64,000 bases of DNA, from NCBI GenBank assembly GCA_963752955.1, contig CAVWAD010000002.1, positions 8,573 through 72,572 of the forward strand. Reading direction: 5' to 3'. A model generated the notes under the pieces. It was not told where the DNA came from. It did no database searches and was given only the letters and a program-made list of their open reading frames with translations. The position numbers and the translations under genes are program-made. Shown piece by piece: positions 56,196-64,000 of the stretch. This stretch comes from an uncultured archaeon. Lineage in GTDB: Archaea; Micrarchaeota; Micrarchaeia; Micrarchaeales; CABMGC01. The first letter of the stretch is position 1; the number at the start of each line of letters is the position of its first letter.

Positions 56196-57332
56196 TCATT
56201 CGCCCTTGTGCCGGTCGAACCTCCTCGGCGTCGCGAGGTCCAGGAACCAGTCCCGGCCGCCCTCGACGGCCTTCGCCATGTGCCTGCCGGCGACCCAGCT
56301 GGTGACTATGCCCTGGTCCCCCATCCCTATCGCGACAAGGATGTTGGGCGTCACCTTTCCGACTATGGGCAGCCAGTCCCTGGTCTTGGCCCAGACGTCT
56401 CCCCACTGATCCCTGACCTCGAACCCCGCGCCGGGATAGTAGTAGCGCAGCTTCTTTTCGGACCCTGCGAGGTCGTACATCTCGAGGGCCATCCGATCGC
56501 CCAGGGGATACAGGACGTCGTACCTGTCCTCCATGGACCAGATTATCTTCTCCCGGGGCCACACCTTCCCGATGTCCTTGGCGGGTGCGCTCGCCAGCAC
56601 GACCGACGACTCGATCCTGAAGTGCCTCTCAAGTCCGAAGCAGGGCTGGTGGTTCGTCGCGAGGACGAGCTTCGAGCAGGAGATCCTTGCGCGCGGCGTC
56701 CTTGCCGAGACGCCGTCCTTCGTCTCCTTCCAGCCGACGAGCGGGGACCGCTCGAAGACGCGGATTCCGGCGGCGCGCGCCAGGCCGGACGCCATCATCG
56801 CGGGATGGATCTGCGCGCAGGCGTCGAACGCGATGCCCCGCAGGAACGGCCTCGGGGGGAATATCTCCCGTAGATCCTCCGGCGACAGCAGCCGCGCGCT
56901 TATCCCGGCCCCGCGGAGGCCCGACTGCTCCGCCCTGAGCTCCTCCGCCTCCCTCTCCCTCTTCGCGACCATCACCGCGCCGCATGTCCTGAGGCCGCAC
57001 GGAATGTCCCTGGCCTTCGCCGTCCTCACAATCTCCCTGATCGCCGAGCCGCTCTCCCTCCAGAGCAGCCGCGCGCTCTTCTTGCCGAAGAGCCTTGCCG
57101 CTGGGACGAAGTTCGTGCCCGTGCCGTAGTAGAGCACGCCCGAGCTCGCCCCGGAGGCGCCGCTCCCGAGCTCGTCCTTCTCTATGAGCGCGACGTCGTA
57201 TCCCTCAAGAGACAGCCGGTACGCGGACGCTATGCCCGCCATACCGCCGCCTACCACGAGGACGTCGGCCCTGAGCCCTCCGCCTAGCCTGGGAAACCTC
57301 GTTTCGACGGGCCAGAGGGGATTGGATTGCAT
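56196..57332 (-). CDS. FAD-dependent oxidoreductase (DAO family)
   Basis: The dinucleotide-binding motif DVLVVGGGMAGIASAY is present in a 378-aa protein. Confidence 0.8.
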   Translation of the reverse strand: MQSNPLWPVETRFPRLGGGLRADVLVVGGGMAGIASAYRLSLEGYDVALIEKDELGSGASGASSGVLYYGTGTNFVPAARLFGKKSARLLWRESGSAIREIVRTAKARDIPCGLRTCGAVMVAKREREAEELRAEQSGLRGAGISARLLSPEDLREIFPPRPFLRGIAFDACAQIHPAMMASGLARAAGIRVFERSPLVGWKETKDGVSARTPRARISCSKLVLATNHQPCFGLERHFRIESSVVLASAPAKDIGKVWPREKIIWSMEDRYDVLYPLGDRMALEMYDLAGSEKKLRYYYPGAGFEVRDQWGDVWAKTRDWLPIVGKVTPNILVAIGMGDQGIVTSWVAGRHMAKAVEGGRDWFLDLATPRRFDRHKGE

Positions 57333-57394
57333 ATGCGTCTAGATGGAGAGCCAAGGATTAAAAAGCAGGCCAGAGGGGAAGAGCAAGCCGCACT

Positions 57395-57796
57395 TCAGTC
57401 TGGAGCGGCCACTTCGTGCACTGGCTTCTGCTCCATCCTGTTGACCAGGTGGATCAGGTCCAGCGCGTCAGCGTACTTTATCCCGACGAGCCACTTCTGC
57501 GGGTCCGCGAGGTCCTCCTGCTCGCCCTCCATGCTGAAGTGTATCCTGCAGAACATGGGGCCCCGCTCGAGCTTTACGTCGGTTATGCTGCCGTACTTCA
57601 TGATCTTGTAGTCGGTATGCAGTCCCATGGCGCTCTTCCGGATTACGATTATGCCGTAGTTGGTGCCGAAGATGTGAGCGGGCGAGAGCATCTTTGCCCC
57701 GCCCAGCCTGTGCTCGACTATCTCGAGCTCCACGGTCTCGCCCTCCCCCAGCAGGTCCTTCACCATCGGGTAGTCTTTCGCAACCGCGTCGGCCAA
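57395..57796 (-). CDS. bacterial-type PH-domain (DUF304/YdbS-like) protein
   Basis: The pattern is LLGEGETVELEI...IIVIRKS...ITDVKLERGPMFCRIHF. Confidence 0.5.
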   Translation of the reverse strand: MADAVAKDYPMVKDLLGEGETVELEIVEHRLGGAKMLSPAHIFGTNYGIIVIRKSAMGLHTDYKIMKYGSITDVKLERGPMFCRIHFSMEGEQEDLADPQKWLVGIKYADALDLIHLVNRMEQKPVHEVAAPD

Positions 57797-57889
57797 TGCA
57801 TCACCAGAATATCTTACACGTCAGGTTAAAATTACTTGCTTCCTGAGGGGCTCCGTTCTGAGCCAAGAGATATATAGGGGAAAATCAGA

Positions 57890-58321
57890 ATGACATCGGG
57901 GGCGCGGATGAGAAGTACGTACGAGAGACGGGGAACCTGGCCCCGCCCGAGCGCGGAGCGGCGATACGAGAGTTATGGGTTAATATTCGACGGGCAGGTG
58001 CTGAGGGGCGCGGCGGACAGGGAATCCGGATACTTCAGCTACAGGATAGCCCCGGACGGGGATCCGGAAGAGATCGGGGCGCGGCTCATGGAGGATATCG
58101 GCCGGACGGGGATGCCAAGGAAGCACGCGGGCGTCAGGATTGGGGTCGAGACGAAGGAGTACGGGGGGAAGCGATACTTGGAGATTCGTGCCATGGGGAT
58201 AGGGAAGGCCGAATTTGACGAGGTCAAGGCAGGCCTGCTTGCGGTCTGTTCGGCTGAGGCGACGCGATGCGAGTCGGCCGAACAGGCCCAGTGCGACCTT
58301 GCGGAGTCGGTGCGGGTCTAG
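57890..58321 (+). CDS. hypothetical protein (143 aa)
   Basis: This is an ORF with acceptable composition. No family was recognised. Confidence 0.4.
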   Translation: MTSGARMRSTYERRGTWPRPSAERRYESYGLIFDGQVLRGAADRESGYFSYRIAPDGDPEEIGARLMEDIGRTGMPRKHAGVRIGVETKEYGGKRYLEIRAMGIGKAEFDEVKAGLLAVCSAEATRCESAEQAQCDLAESVRV

Positions 58322-58409
58322 CACGCTAGTGGCGCTGTGGCTCAGTCCGCCCATTATCCCGCGGTGGGCGCGCGGTATAAAAACCCCGCCGTCTTAAGTT
58401 GAATCGACC

Positions 58410-58727
58410 GTGGTGCAGGAAATGGACAAAATAGTGAGGAAGGGTCTCGAGTTCGGGCTGGGCGTGGGCTACATAACCGTGGAGGCGCTTGAGGAGGCGA
58501 TGGACAGGCTCGCCAGGGAGGGGAAGATAAGCAAGAAGGACGGGGAGAAGATGGTGCGCGAGCTGGTGAGCAAGTACGAGATAGCCGGAAGCAAGTACTC
58601 CAGGGAGGTGCAGGCGCGCCTCGACAGGTTCGTGAAGCAGGCCCCGTTCGCCACGAAGAAGGACATAGCCGACCTCAACGCGAAGATAGCGCGCATGGGC
58701 AGGCCCGCCAGGAAGCGCCGCAAGTGA
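58410..58727 (+). CDS. small helical protein (phasin/PHA-granule-regulator-like?)
   Basis: The 105-aa protein is helical and charged, with an ATKKDIADLNAKIARM segment and a basic tail. Confidence 0.35.
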   Translation: MVQEMDKIVRKGLEFGLGVGYITVEALEEAMDRLAREGKISKKDGEKMVRELVSKYEIAGSKYSREVQARLDRFVKQAPFATKKDIADLNAKIARMGRPARKRRK

Positions 58728-58939
58728 TTGCGGAAAGCGGGACCTGGAAAAATCGGAGGCTAGCGGAGCGGGTTGGTATTTTCCCTACGCCGCGTGCGCG
58801 TCAAAAAATCGGCACCCGTCTAACAAGTAGAGGGGCAAGGGACTCAGGGGGCAGAACGGGCAGTTCGTCTTCCAACCCAATGTTTAAATATGCGGAAACC
58901 CATAACATACTATTACAGGGCTCTGAAGGGTGGGGAAAA

Positions 58940-58978
58940 GGAAGGGCCGTGCTCTGCACAGGCCCTTCCTCAAAAAAA
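58940..58978 (-). terminator. 9-bp-stem hairpin adjacent to a T7 run (minus strand)
   Basis: GGAAGGGCC-12 nt-GGCCCTTCC spans 58940-58969. A7 on the plus strand (T7 on minus) spans 58972-58978, about 50 nt downstream of the 37-aa minus-strand ORF. Confidence 0.3.
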
Positions 58979-59027
58979 TAGTCAAGTCCTGATTTTCTTA
59001 CCTAATTGACCTTAATCCAATAAAAAT

Positions 59028-59141
59028 TCAATCCACGTAAACGACTCTCCAGACGTTAGTTCCTTCCTGCACAAACCCTACTCGCCTCTCCTCCGGCTCC
59101 GGCTCAACGGCCTTTCCAAACAGAAAATCTTGTATTGACAT
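59028..59141 (-). CDS. possible 37-aa small protein
   Basis: The product is MSIQDFLFGKAVEPEPEERRVGFVQEGTNVWRVVYVD. It is followed by an oligo-T run. No clear TATA or SD was seen. Confidence 0.2.
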   Translation of the reverse strand: MSIQDFLFGKAVEPEPEERRVGFVQEGTNVWRVVYVD

Positions 59142-59382
59142 CTTTCCACCAATTGCAAGCATGATGCGCAGCCCCCGCTGCGCACAATAGGCGGAATAAG
59201 TGGATGAACTTTACAGCCGTGGGGTGGCTAAATCAGGCATGATAAGATATCTCCTGATTGCAAAGCCCACCCAGCAGATCCCGCTCTAAAATAGTTATGG
59301 TTCGTCTAATATAAATACCTGGCTTTTTAAGAAATTATCTGCAATATTATTCCATATTTTGGCACTATGTCGTCTGGGGTTT

Positions 59383-60624
59383 TCAGAGCTTTACCATCTT
59401 TTCGGACAGGTCGCTGAAGAAACCCTCCCCCTCCTCGATGCTCCCTACTTTGATCACGACGATGTCCCCGTCGCGCGCGTCGACAGTCTGCTTCACGAAG
59501 TCCGACTCCTCGGAGACGGCGGGATGGCTCTCCGTGAACAGGTTCCGGTTGCTCTCATCTATCGCCAGCGAGTCGATCAGGTCCCGGTGCCTGCCATCGA
59601 CCCTCATCGCCAGAACCCTGCCGCCGTTCTTGATCGTACTGCTTATGGCCACGTTGCCGTTGTCGGCGAACGCACCCGTCACGTCGAAGATCACGGAATC
59701 CCTCAGCTTTTCACTGAACGATTTGGACAGGTGTGATCCGCCTATCTTGTCCGATCTCTGTATTATTATTCCCGCGGAGACGAGCGCCGCTATCGCCAGG
59801 TAGTAAAGCTTTATCTGCTCGGCGAAGAGCGCAGCGGCGTATCCCATGGTTAGGAAGGACGAGAACGCGAAGACGTTCATAACCATCGTGGTCTTGAGGG
59901 TCTTGAGCGCGTAGAAATACATGTAGAAGCTCGCTATGTTCGTTACCGCCAGGTACGCGATTATGGACATGTCCGCGGCGGTAAGGGGAGCGAACCTCGC
60001 GCCGCCGGCCACGAACAGCAGCCCGAAGAACACCGAGAGGATGATCCCAGACAGGGACAGCAGCACGTCGGTGTCGAACATCTGCCACTTTATGACGACG
60101 TTCGCGAACGCGTAGCCGAAGGCCATCAGCAGGAGGAAGGCCAGTATCGGCGCCGAGGCATTCCCTGCTAGGAGGCTAGAGAAGTTCCCGCCGCTCAGCC
60201 CTATCAGGACGCCAACGAACGCGAGGCTCAGCGCCAGTACCTGGCGTTTGCTGAGCCTCTCGCGAAGGAATATCGGAAGCAGCGCAAGCATGAATAGGGG
60301 ATTCGCCCTGAATATCACAGTTGCCAGGGAGGCGCTAACGAAATGCTCAGCGTAGGCTATCCCGTACTCGTACGGCACGTACATCAGGAGGACCGCCATT
60401 GCCAGGAAGAAGAGCTTCCTCCCGTTGCCCGCCAGGGCGGCCACGTCCCGGGTCTTCTTCCTTGAGAGGACCAGCGCGAGCCCTACGGGAATGCTGAGAA
60501 CCGACGCAACCAGGAAGAACTCCGGCATGCTCGTCCCTCCGGTCTGCGCGAGTAGCACGGGCGTCAGCGAGCCTATGAGTAGGGCTGTCACCAGGTAGGC
60601 ATAGGCGCGATTCCTCAGCTTCAT
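59383..60624 (-). CDS. EamA/DMT-family transporter with a ~120-aa C-terminal soluble domain
   Basis: About ten TM segments are followed by a cytoplasmic-looking domain (..VLAMRVDGRHRDLIDSLAIDE..DGDIVVIKVGSIEEGE..). The ATG at 60624 (MKLRNRAYAY) is preferred. Confidence 0.7.
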   Translation of the reverse strand: MKLRNRAYAYLVTALLIGSLTPVLLAQTGGTSMPEFFLVASVLSIPVGLALVLSRKKTRDVAALAGNGRKLFFLAMAVLLMYVPYEYGIAYAEHFVSASLATVIFRANPLFMLALLPIFLRERLSKRQVLALSLAFVGVLIGLSGGNFSSLLAGNASAPILAFLLLMAFGYAFANVVIKWQMFDTDVLLSLSGIILSVFFGLLFVAGGARFAPLTAADMSIIAYLAVTNIASFYMYFYALKTLKTTMVMNVFAFSSFLTMGYAAALFAEQIKLYYLAIAALVSAGIIIQRSDKIGGSHLSKSFSEKLRDSVIFDVTGAFADNGNVAISSTIKNGGRVLAMRVDGRHRDLIDSLAIDESNRNLFTESHPAVSEESDFVKQTVDARDGDIVVIKVGSIEEGEGFFSDLSEKMVKL

Positions 60625-60753
60625 GATGTGGGATGGGCTGCGATGATTAAAGAACGTTCCATATTTTGAAAAAATAGGCATAGTATTTCACTAAATTGTA
60701 ACATTGGCGCGGTTTAAATACCTTGCCAGAGGAGGTTCCCAGAGGTATCTTGC

Positions 60754-61815
60754 ATGGACGAGGAGCACCTGTTCAGGAGCGAGTTCAACGAGAGGTACAG
60801 CGTCCTCGTGAGGAGGGTAGTGCGCATCCTCTCGGCAGATTCGCGCAGGTCGGTCTCCGAGATGTCGCGCGAGCTTGGAGTCTCCAGGCACACAGTGGTT
60901 GAGAAGATAAGGCAGGCCGAGAAGGAGTTCGGGCTCAGGTACACCCTGGAGCTCGACGAGGAGGCGCTCGGGCTCAACAACCCGAGGCTGATACTCGTAA
61001 GGTTCGAGCGCACGCCGGACCCCGACGAGGTGGCGGCGGTCCTCGGGAAGTCGCACATACCACAGGCGGTAGCGGCCGTGGACGGCAAGTCCGACCTGCT
61101 GATATACGCCAACGCGGAGTCCACGAGCGAGTACGTCTACTGGGACAAGACCACGCAGGTCCTCCTCTCTAAGTACGGGGTACTCTGGCAGCCGTCCGAC
61201 CTCGCGTTCAGGCACATCGGGTTCTTCCCTCTCAGGTCGGAGCTACTGCAGAGGCTCGACATCCCGAAGAAGTACAAGGACATACTCCTGCTCCTAAACG
61301 AGAACTCCAGGATGACCTTCATGGAGATGTCGCGTAGGCTGGGCGTGCGCTTCGACACCGTGACCTACAACTTCGGCAAGCTGATGAAGATGGGATACAT
61401 CAGGCGCTTCACCACCGTGATGAGGAGCCCGCCGGACGCGTCAATGACCTACCTCTTCGGTAAGTACATCATCTCAGAGGGCTTCGAGGAGGACTCGATG
61501 AGGATGAGAAAGGAGATAACCCTGATCGACGACAAGATGCCCCTGGTGAGCAGGTGCCTCTTCTCCGCACAGCTTGTTGGAAGCTACGACTTCTTCTTCG
61601 TCGGCGCGTACGACGACCAGAGGACGGGCTACGAGCGGCTGATAAAGTACTACAGGAAGAGGTTCAGCAGGCACAAGGTGAAGGAGGTGCACGGCGCCAT
61701 AGGCAGGATGCTGATAGGCGACTTCCCGATAAGGAACCTGGACGTGCGCAAGGAGTTCAACATGATAAAATGGATCCCGAACGCCACGCCGGTCATAACG
61801 AAGCCGGGCCTCTGA
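60754..61815 (+). CDS. tandem (double) Lrp/AsnC-like transcriptional regulator
   Basis: There are two HTH+RAM-like halves (..RRSVSEMSRELGVSRHTVVEKI.. and ..NSRMTFMEMSRRLGVRFDTVTYNFGKL..). The architecture matches that of 45669..46639. Confidence 0.6.
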   Translation: MDEEHLFRSEFNERYSVLVRRVVRILSADSRRSVSEMSRELGVSRHTVVEKIRQAEKEFGLRYTLELDEEALGLNNPRLILVRFERTPDPDEVAAVLGKSHIPQAVAAVDGKSDLLIYANAESTSEYVYWDKTTQVLLSKYGVLWQPSDLAFRHIGFFPLRSELLQRLDIPKKYKDILLLLNENSRMTFMEMSRRLGVRFDTVTYNFGKLMKMGYIRRFTTVMRSPPDASMTYLFGKYIISEGFEEDSMRMRKEITLIDDKMPLVSRCLFSAQLVGSYDFFFVGAYDDQRTGYERLIKYYRKRFSRHKVKEVHGAIGRMLIGDFPIRNLDVRKEFNMIKWIPNATPVITKPGL

Positions 61816-61866
61816 ATGAACGCCGCGACGTTGCCTCTCAGAGGCTTTTGCATCTGCGGTCTATTT

Positions 61867-62493
61867 CTAAGACTCTGGGGCCCTACTGACTTCTGCCTTT
61901 ACTAGCTCATACGCCTTATCGCAAATGCCGCGTGAGTGCGTAATATTCGCCTCGGCGGCAATCAGCATCAGCTCATCGTCGCTTGCTCCCCTGAGGGTTG
62001 CTTCTCTGAAGTCTGCCCTGAAGTCTTCTATGCGGCTAATGAGCTTTTCAGGCTTCCACAGCAGGCAGGTGCCCTTTACGGAACCCATTTTCTTAATCGC
62101 AGCGTACAATTCATCAAAGGTCTTTGCGGCGGCCACCCCATCTGACGGCAGTCTTTTCTCCCTCTCCTCCTTCTCCGCGAGCTCAGCCACCTTATCGCGA
62201 ATGCCGTGCGTGGGCGGTATCCTGTCCAGGACATGACTTAGCCCATTCTCCCTGTAGTCTTCTATGAGATTCTTGATGCCTTCTGGCGTCACCCTTCCAT
62301 ACCAACCGCCTTTCACCGGGCCTATACTTTCGATAGCGGCATAGAGCTTCTCAAACGTATCCGCGCCATTGATCAACTTCTCGGGCGACGCGTTTTCTTC
62401 AGTTCTTATTATTCCCTTCGCCCCTGTGATTCCAATTGCTCCTATCTGTTTAATTCCTTCAAACATTTCATCGCAGGGAATGTAGTTTTCCAC
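61867..62493 (-). CDS. hypothetical protein with an internal ~70-aa duplication
   Basis: The two repeat units are TFEKLYAAIESIGPVKG..EGIKNLIEDYR..THGIRDKVAEL and TFDELYAAIKKMGSVKG..EKLISRIEDFR..HSRGICDKAYEL. Confidence 0.5.
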   Translation of the reverse strand: MENYIPCDEMFEGIKQIGAIGITGAKGIIRTEENASPEKLINGADTFEKLYAAIESIGPVKGGWYGRVTPEGIKNLIEDYRENGLSHVLDRIPPTHGIRDKVAELAEKEEREKRLPSDGVAAAKTFDELYAAIKKMGSVKGTCLLWKPEKLISRIEDFRADFREATLRGASDDELMLIAAEANITHSRGICDKAYELVKAEVSRAPES

Positions 62494-62586
62494 CTATAAA
62501 AACATTACTCGTGAATCAGTTCCGGCCTTTTTCAGTTCCGGGTGGACGAAAGCCTGTTTATGGGTTAGGAGTAGTTGAGGAGTTAT

Positions 62587-62629
62587 ATGGAGGCACAGGT
62601 CATCCTACGTCAGGTGATGTGCATTTTCG
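62587..62629. repeat. cassette junction: 13-nt copy of the tRNA-Val 3' end plus the conserved arm
   Basis: ATGGAGGCACAGG (62587-62599) equals 63398-63410. The adjacent 62600-62627, reverse-complemented, gives AAAATGCACATCACCTGACGTAGGATGA, which matches the tRNA-Ala junction arm at 20/28. Confidence 0.85.
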
Positions 62630-62652
62630 GTGTTGCAGGCAACCTTATGGAA

Positions 62653-63069
62653 TTACATTATACTTTTCTTCAGCAATAACGACAAGTCGCCTATTGAGAA
62701 TATCTTTACTTTGCGCTGTTTCCTAAAATCGGTATCATAACTCCATATACCATCTGCGCGCAGACTCAGCGCGAGTGCGATATAGGGTTCATCGTCCTTG
62801 TCTATGCCTCCTATCACCTTATGAGCTTCTCTCATACTTTTCGCGTAAAACTGTTTCGGCATTATCCTGATTTTCTTAGTGATGAGTTCCAAGGCGGATT
62901 TGTATCCCTTTCCGGTTTTGGCAGATATTTCTTTTTCGTGTTCCTTTATCTCATCAAGCAGGAAGTCAGGCGAATAATAGTCAATATAGGGATAAAGCAG
63001 CACTTCCCTCGTTATTGAAGATCTGACCAACGCAGCAACAACTACATTGGCATCGACTACTATCTTCAT
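62653..63069 (-). CDS. vapC: PIN-domain toxin (VapC-like)
   Basis: The MKIVVDANVVVAAL start is present and the protein is 138 aa. It overlaps the antitoxin stop by 4 nt. Confidence 0.8.
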   Translation of the reverse strand: MKIVVDANVVVAALVRSSITREVLLYPYIDYYSPDFLLDEIKEHEKEISAKTGKGYKSALELITKKIRIMPKQFYAKSMREAHKVIGGIDKDDEPYIALALSLRADGIWSYDTDFRKQRKVKIFSIGDLSLLLKKSIM

Positions 63070-63287
63070 AGGCCATGCCTTTTGGCTACACCCTGCTTTA
63101 TCTTTTGACCTATTTCTATGGCGTCCTTCTCAGTTAGCTCGGATTTTTCAAGAAGTCTATCCAGTATGGCCAGCTTTCTGGCGTATTCCTGCATCGCACG
63201 CCTGGCGACTTCGCTCCACCTTATCTGCTTGTGCTTCTTTATTGTCTTGTATAGTTCTTCGGATATGGATATCGTTACATTCGGCAT
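63066..63287 (-). CDS. vapB: VapB-type antitoxin (RHH-like)
   Basis: The 73-aa protein begins MPNVTISISEELYKTIKK (a beta-strand followed by a helix) and is translationally coupled to vapC. Confidence 0.65.
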   Translation of the reverse strand: MPNVTISISEELYKTIKKHKQIRWSEVARRAMQEYARKLAILDRLLEKSELTEKDAIEIGQKIKQGVAKRHGL

Positions 63288-63398
63288 TCAATTCACATAT
63301 ATTATGTGAACTCACATATATTTAACTATTTGTATAAATCTGGGTTTGAGCAAAATAGTTATGAGAATTGGCCGAAGTCCACCGTACTTAAGGTGCGA

Positions 63399-63469
63399 TG
63401 GAGGCACAGGGAATCGGACCCCGGCTTGCAGAATGTCAATCTGCCGTCCTACCACTAGACTATGCCTCC
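63399..63469 (-). tRNA. tRNA-Val (anticodon GAC)
   Basis: The cloverleaf has acceptor GGAGGCA/TGCCTCC, D-stem GTCT/GGAC, anticodon stem GCAGA/TCTGC, loop TTGACAT and T-arm CGGGG-TCCGATT-CCCTG. Confidence 0.85.
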
Positions 63470-63533
63470 GCGGAAAGAATATTGGCTCTAAACTTATAAA
63501 AGGCTTAAAGCTCGGCCCTCTCCCGACTTCAAG

Positions 63534-64000
63534 TCACAGCTCGATCGCTTCGCCCTCCTTCGCGATCTCCGCCTTCGGGAAGATCCTCTTCGCCTCCTTG
63601 AGCAACTCCGCGGTGTCCCTGTGCCTCGCGCTTATGTGAGTCAGGAGCAGCCTCTTCACCTTCGCCTTCTTCGCGATCTCGGCGGCCTCCTCAGCTGTCG
63701 AGTGCTTCCTCTTGACGGCCAGCTCCTTCTCCGCCCTGGTGTAAGAGGCCTCGTGTATCAGCAGGTCCGCGCCTTTCACGGCTGCGACGGTCACGCCCAT
63801 GGGCCGCGAGTCCGCCGCGTAGGCTATCTTCTTGCCGACCTGCCTGTTCGTCAGCTGCCCTATCGTGATCCTCCTGCCCTTCACTGTCATCGATCCCTTC
63901 TTCTGCAGCTCCGAGAACATCGGGCCCTTAAGGCCCGCCTTCTTCGCCTTGTCGGTTATGAACCTGAGCCTGTCGTCCTCCTTGAAGACGTAGCCGTACG
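63534..64000 (-). CDS. rnz: ribonuclease Z (C-terminal part; the gene continues beyond the window)
   Basis: The frame is open to the window edge (..YGYVFKEDDRLRFITDKAKKAGLKGPMFSELQKKG..). AYAADSRP, LLIHEASY, HSTAEEAA and LLLTHISARH are metallo-beta-lactamase/RNase Z motifs. Confidence 0.8.
   Translation of the reverse strand, partial: YGYVFKEDDRLRFITDKAKKAGLKGPMFSELQKKGSMTVKGRRITIGQLTNRQVGKKIAYAADSRPMGVTVAAVKGADLLIHEASYTRAEKELAVKRKHSTAEEAAEIAKKAKVKRLLLTHISARHRDTAELLKEAKRIFPKAEIAKEGEAIEL

Noticed and set aside
58330-58375. tRNA-like D-loop string GTGGCTCAGTC
   Set aside because: No acceptor, anticodon or T-arm pairing could be folded around it.

Overview
This is a GC-rich archaeal chromosomal window. 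Supporting signs are A/T-rich TATA-like boxes about 25-35 nt upstream of starts, an intron-containing tRNA, an AglB/STT3-like gene, NAC, DUF424 and a type-2 IPP isomerase. The housekeeping backbone includes fni, bacterial-type homospermidine synthase, thrC, serS, ileS, nac, dcd, a ThyA-like gene, a partial RNase Z, a P-type ATPase and DMT transporters. Accessory material is interleaved with it. (1) There are four IS copies: an IS5-like element splitting a histidine-phosphatase gene, two apparently identical inverted IS1634-family copies, and a second IS5-like element. (2) A glycosylation island (three GT4 genes, an AglB-like GT-C protein, a NUDIX-like gene and an AbiE pair) lies between the two IS1634 copies. 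It sits next to a 2776-aa Cys-module surface-protein gene that is tightly bracketed by IS elements. (3) There are six toxin-antitoxin loci. Four of them (vapBC twice, a relE/parE-like pair, hicAB) are 0.5-0.8 kb TA-only segments lying directly 3' of tRNA-Leu, tRNA-Ala (two in tandem) and tRNA-Val. Each is closed by a direct repeat of that tRNA's 3' end. Three of these junctions also share a conserved arm of about 28 nt. I consider this the best candidate for an undescribed, integrase-less TA-cassette insertion system. (4) A 1.45-kb AT-rich single-gene insert lies between the ThyA-like gene and dcd. It has imperfect terminal inverted repeats, 32-bp subterminal direct repeats and a 12-bp flanking direct repeat, and it encodes an unrecognised 365-aa protein. 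Smaller observations are a tRNA-Ser with a non-canonically placed intron, a 38-aa hyper-acidic microprotein gene, and several frameshifted genes. All calls rest on reading the sequence and translations by eye; no searches were run.
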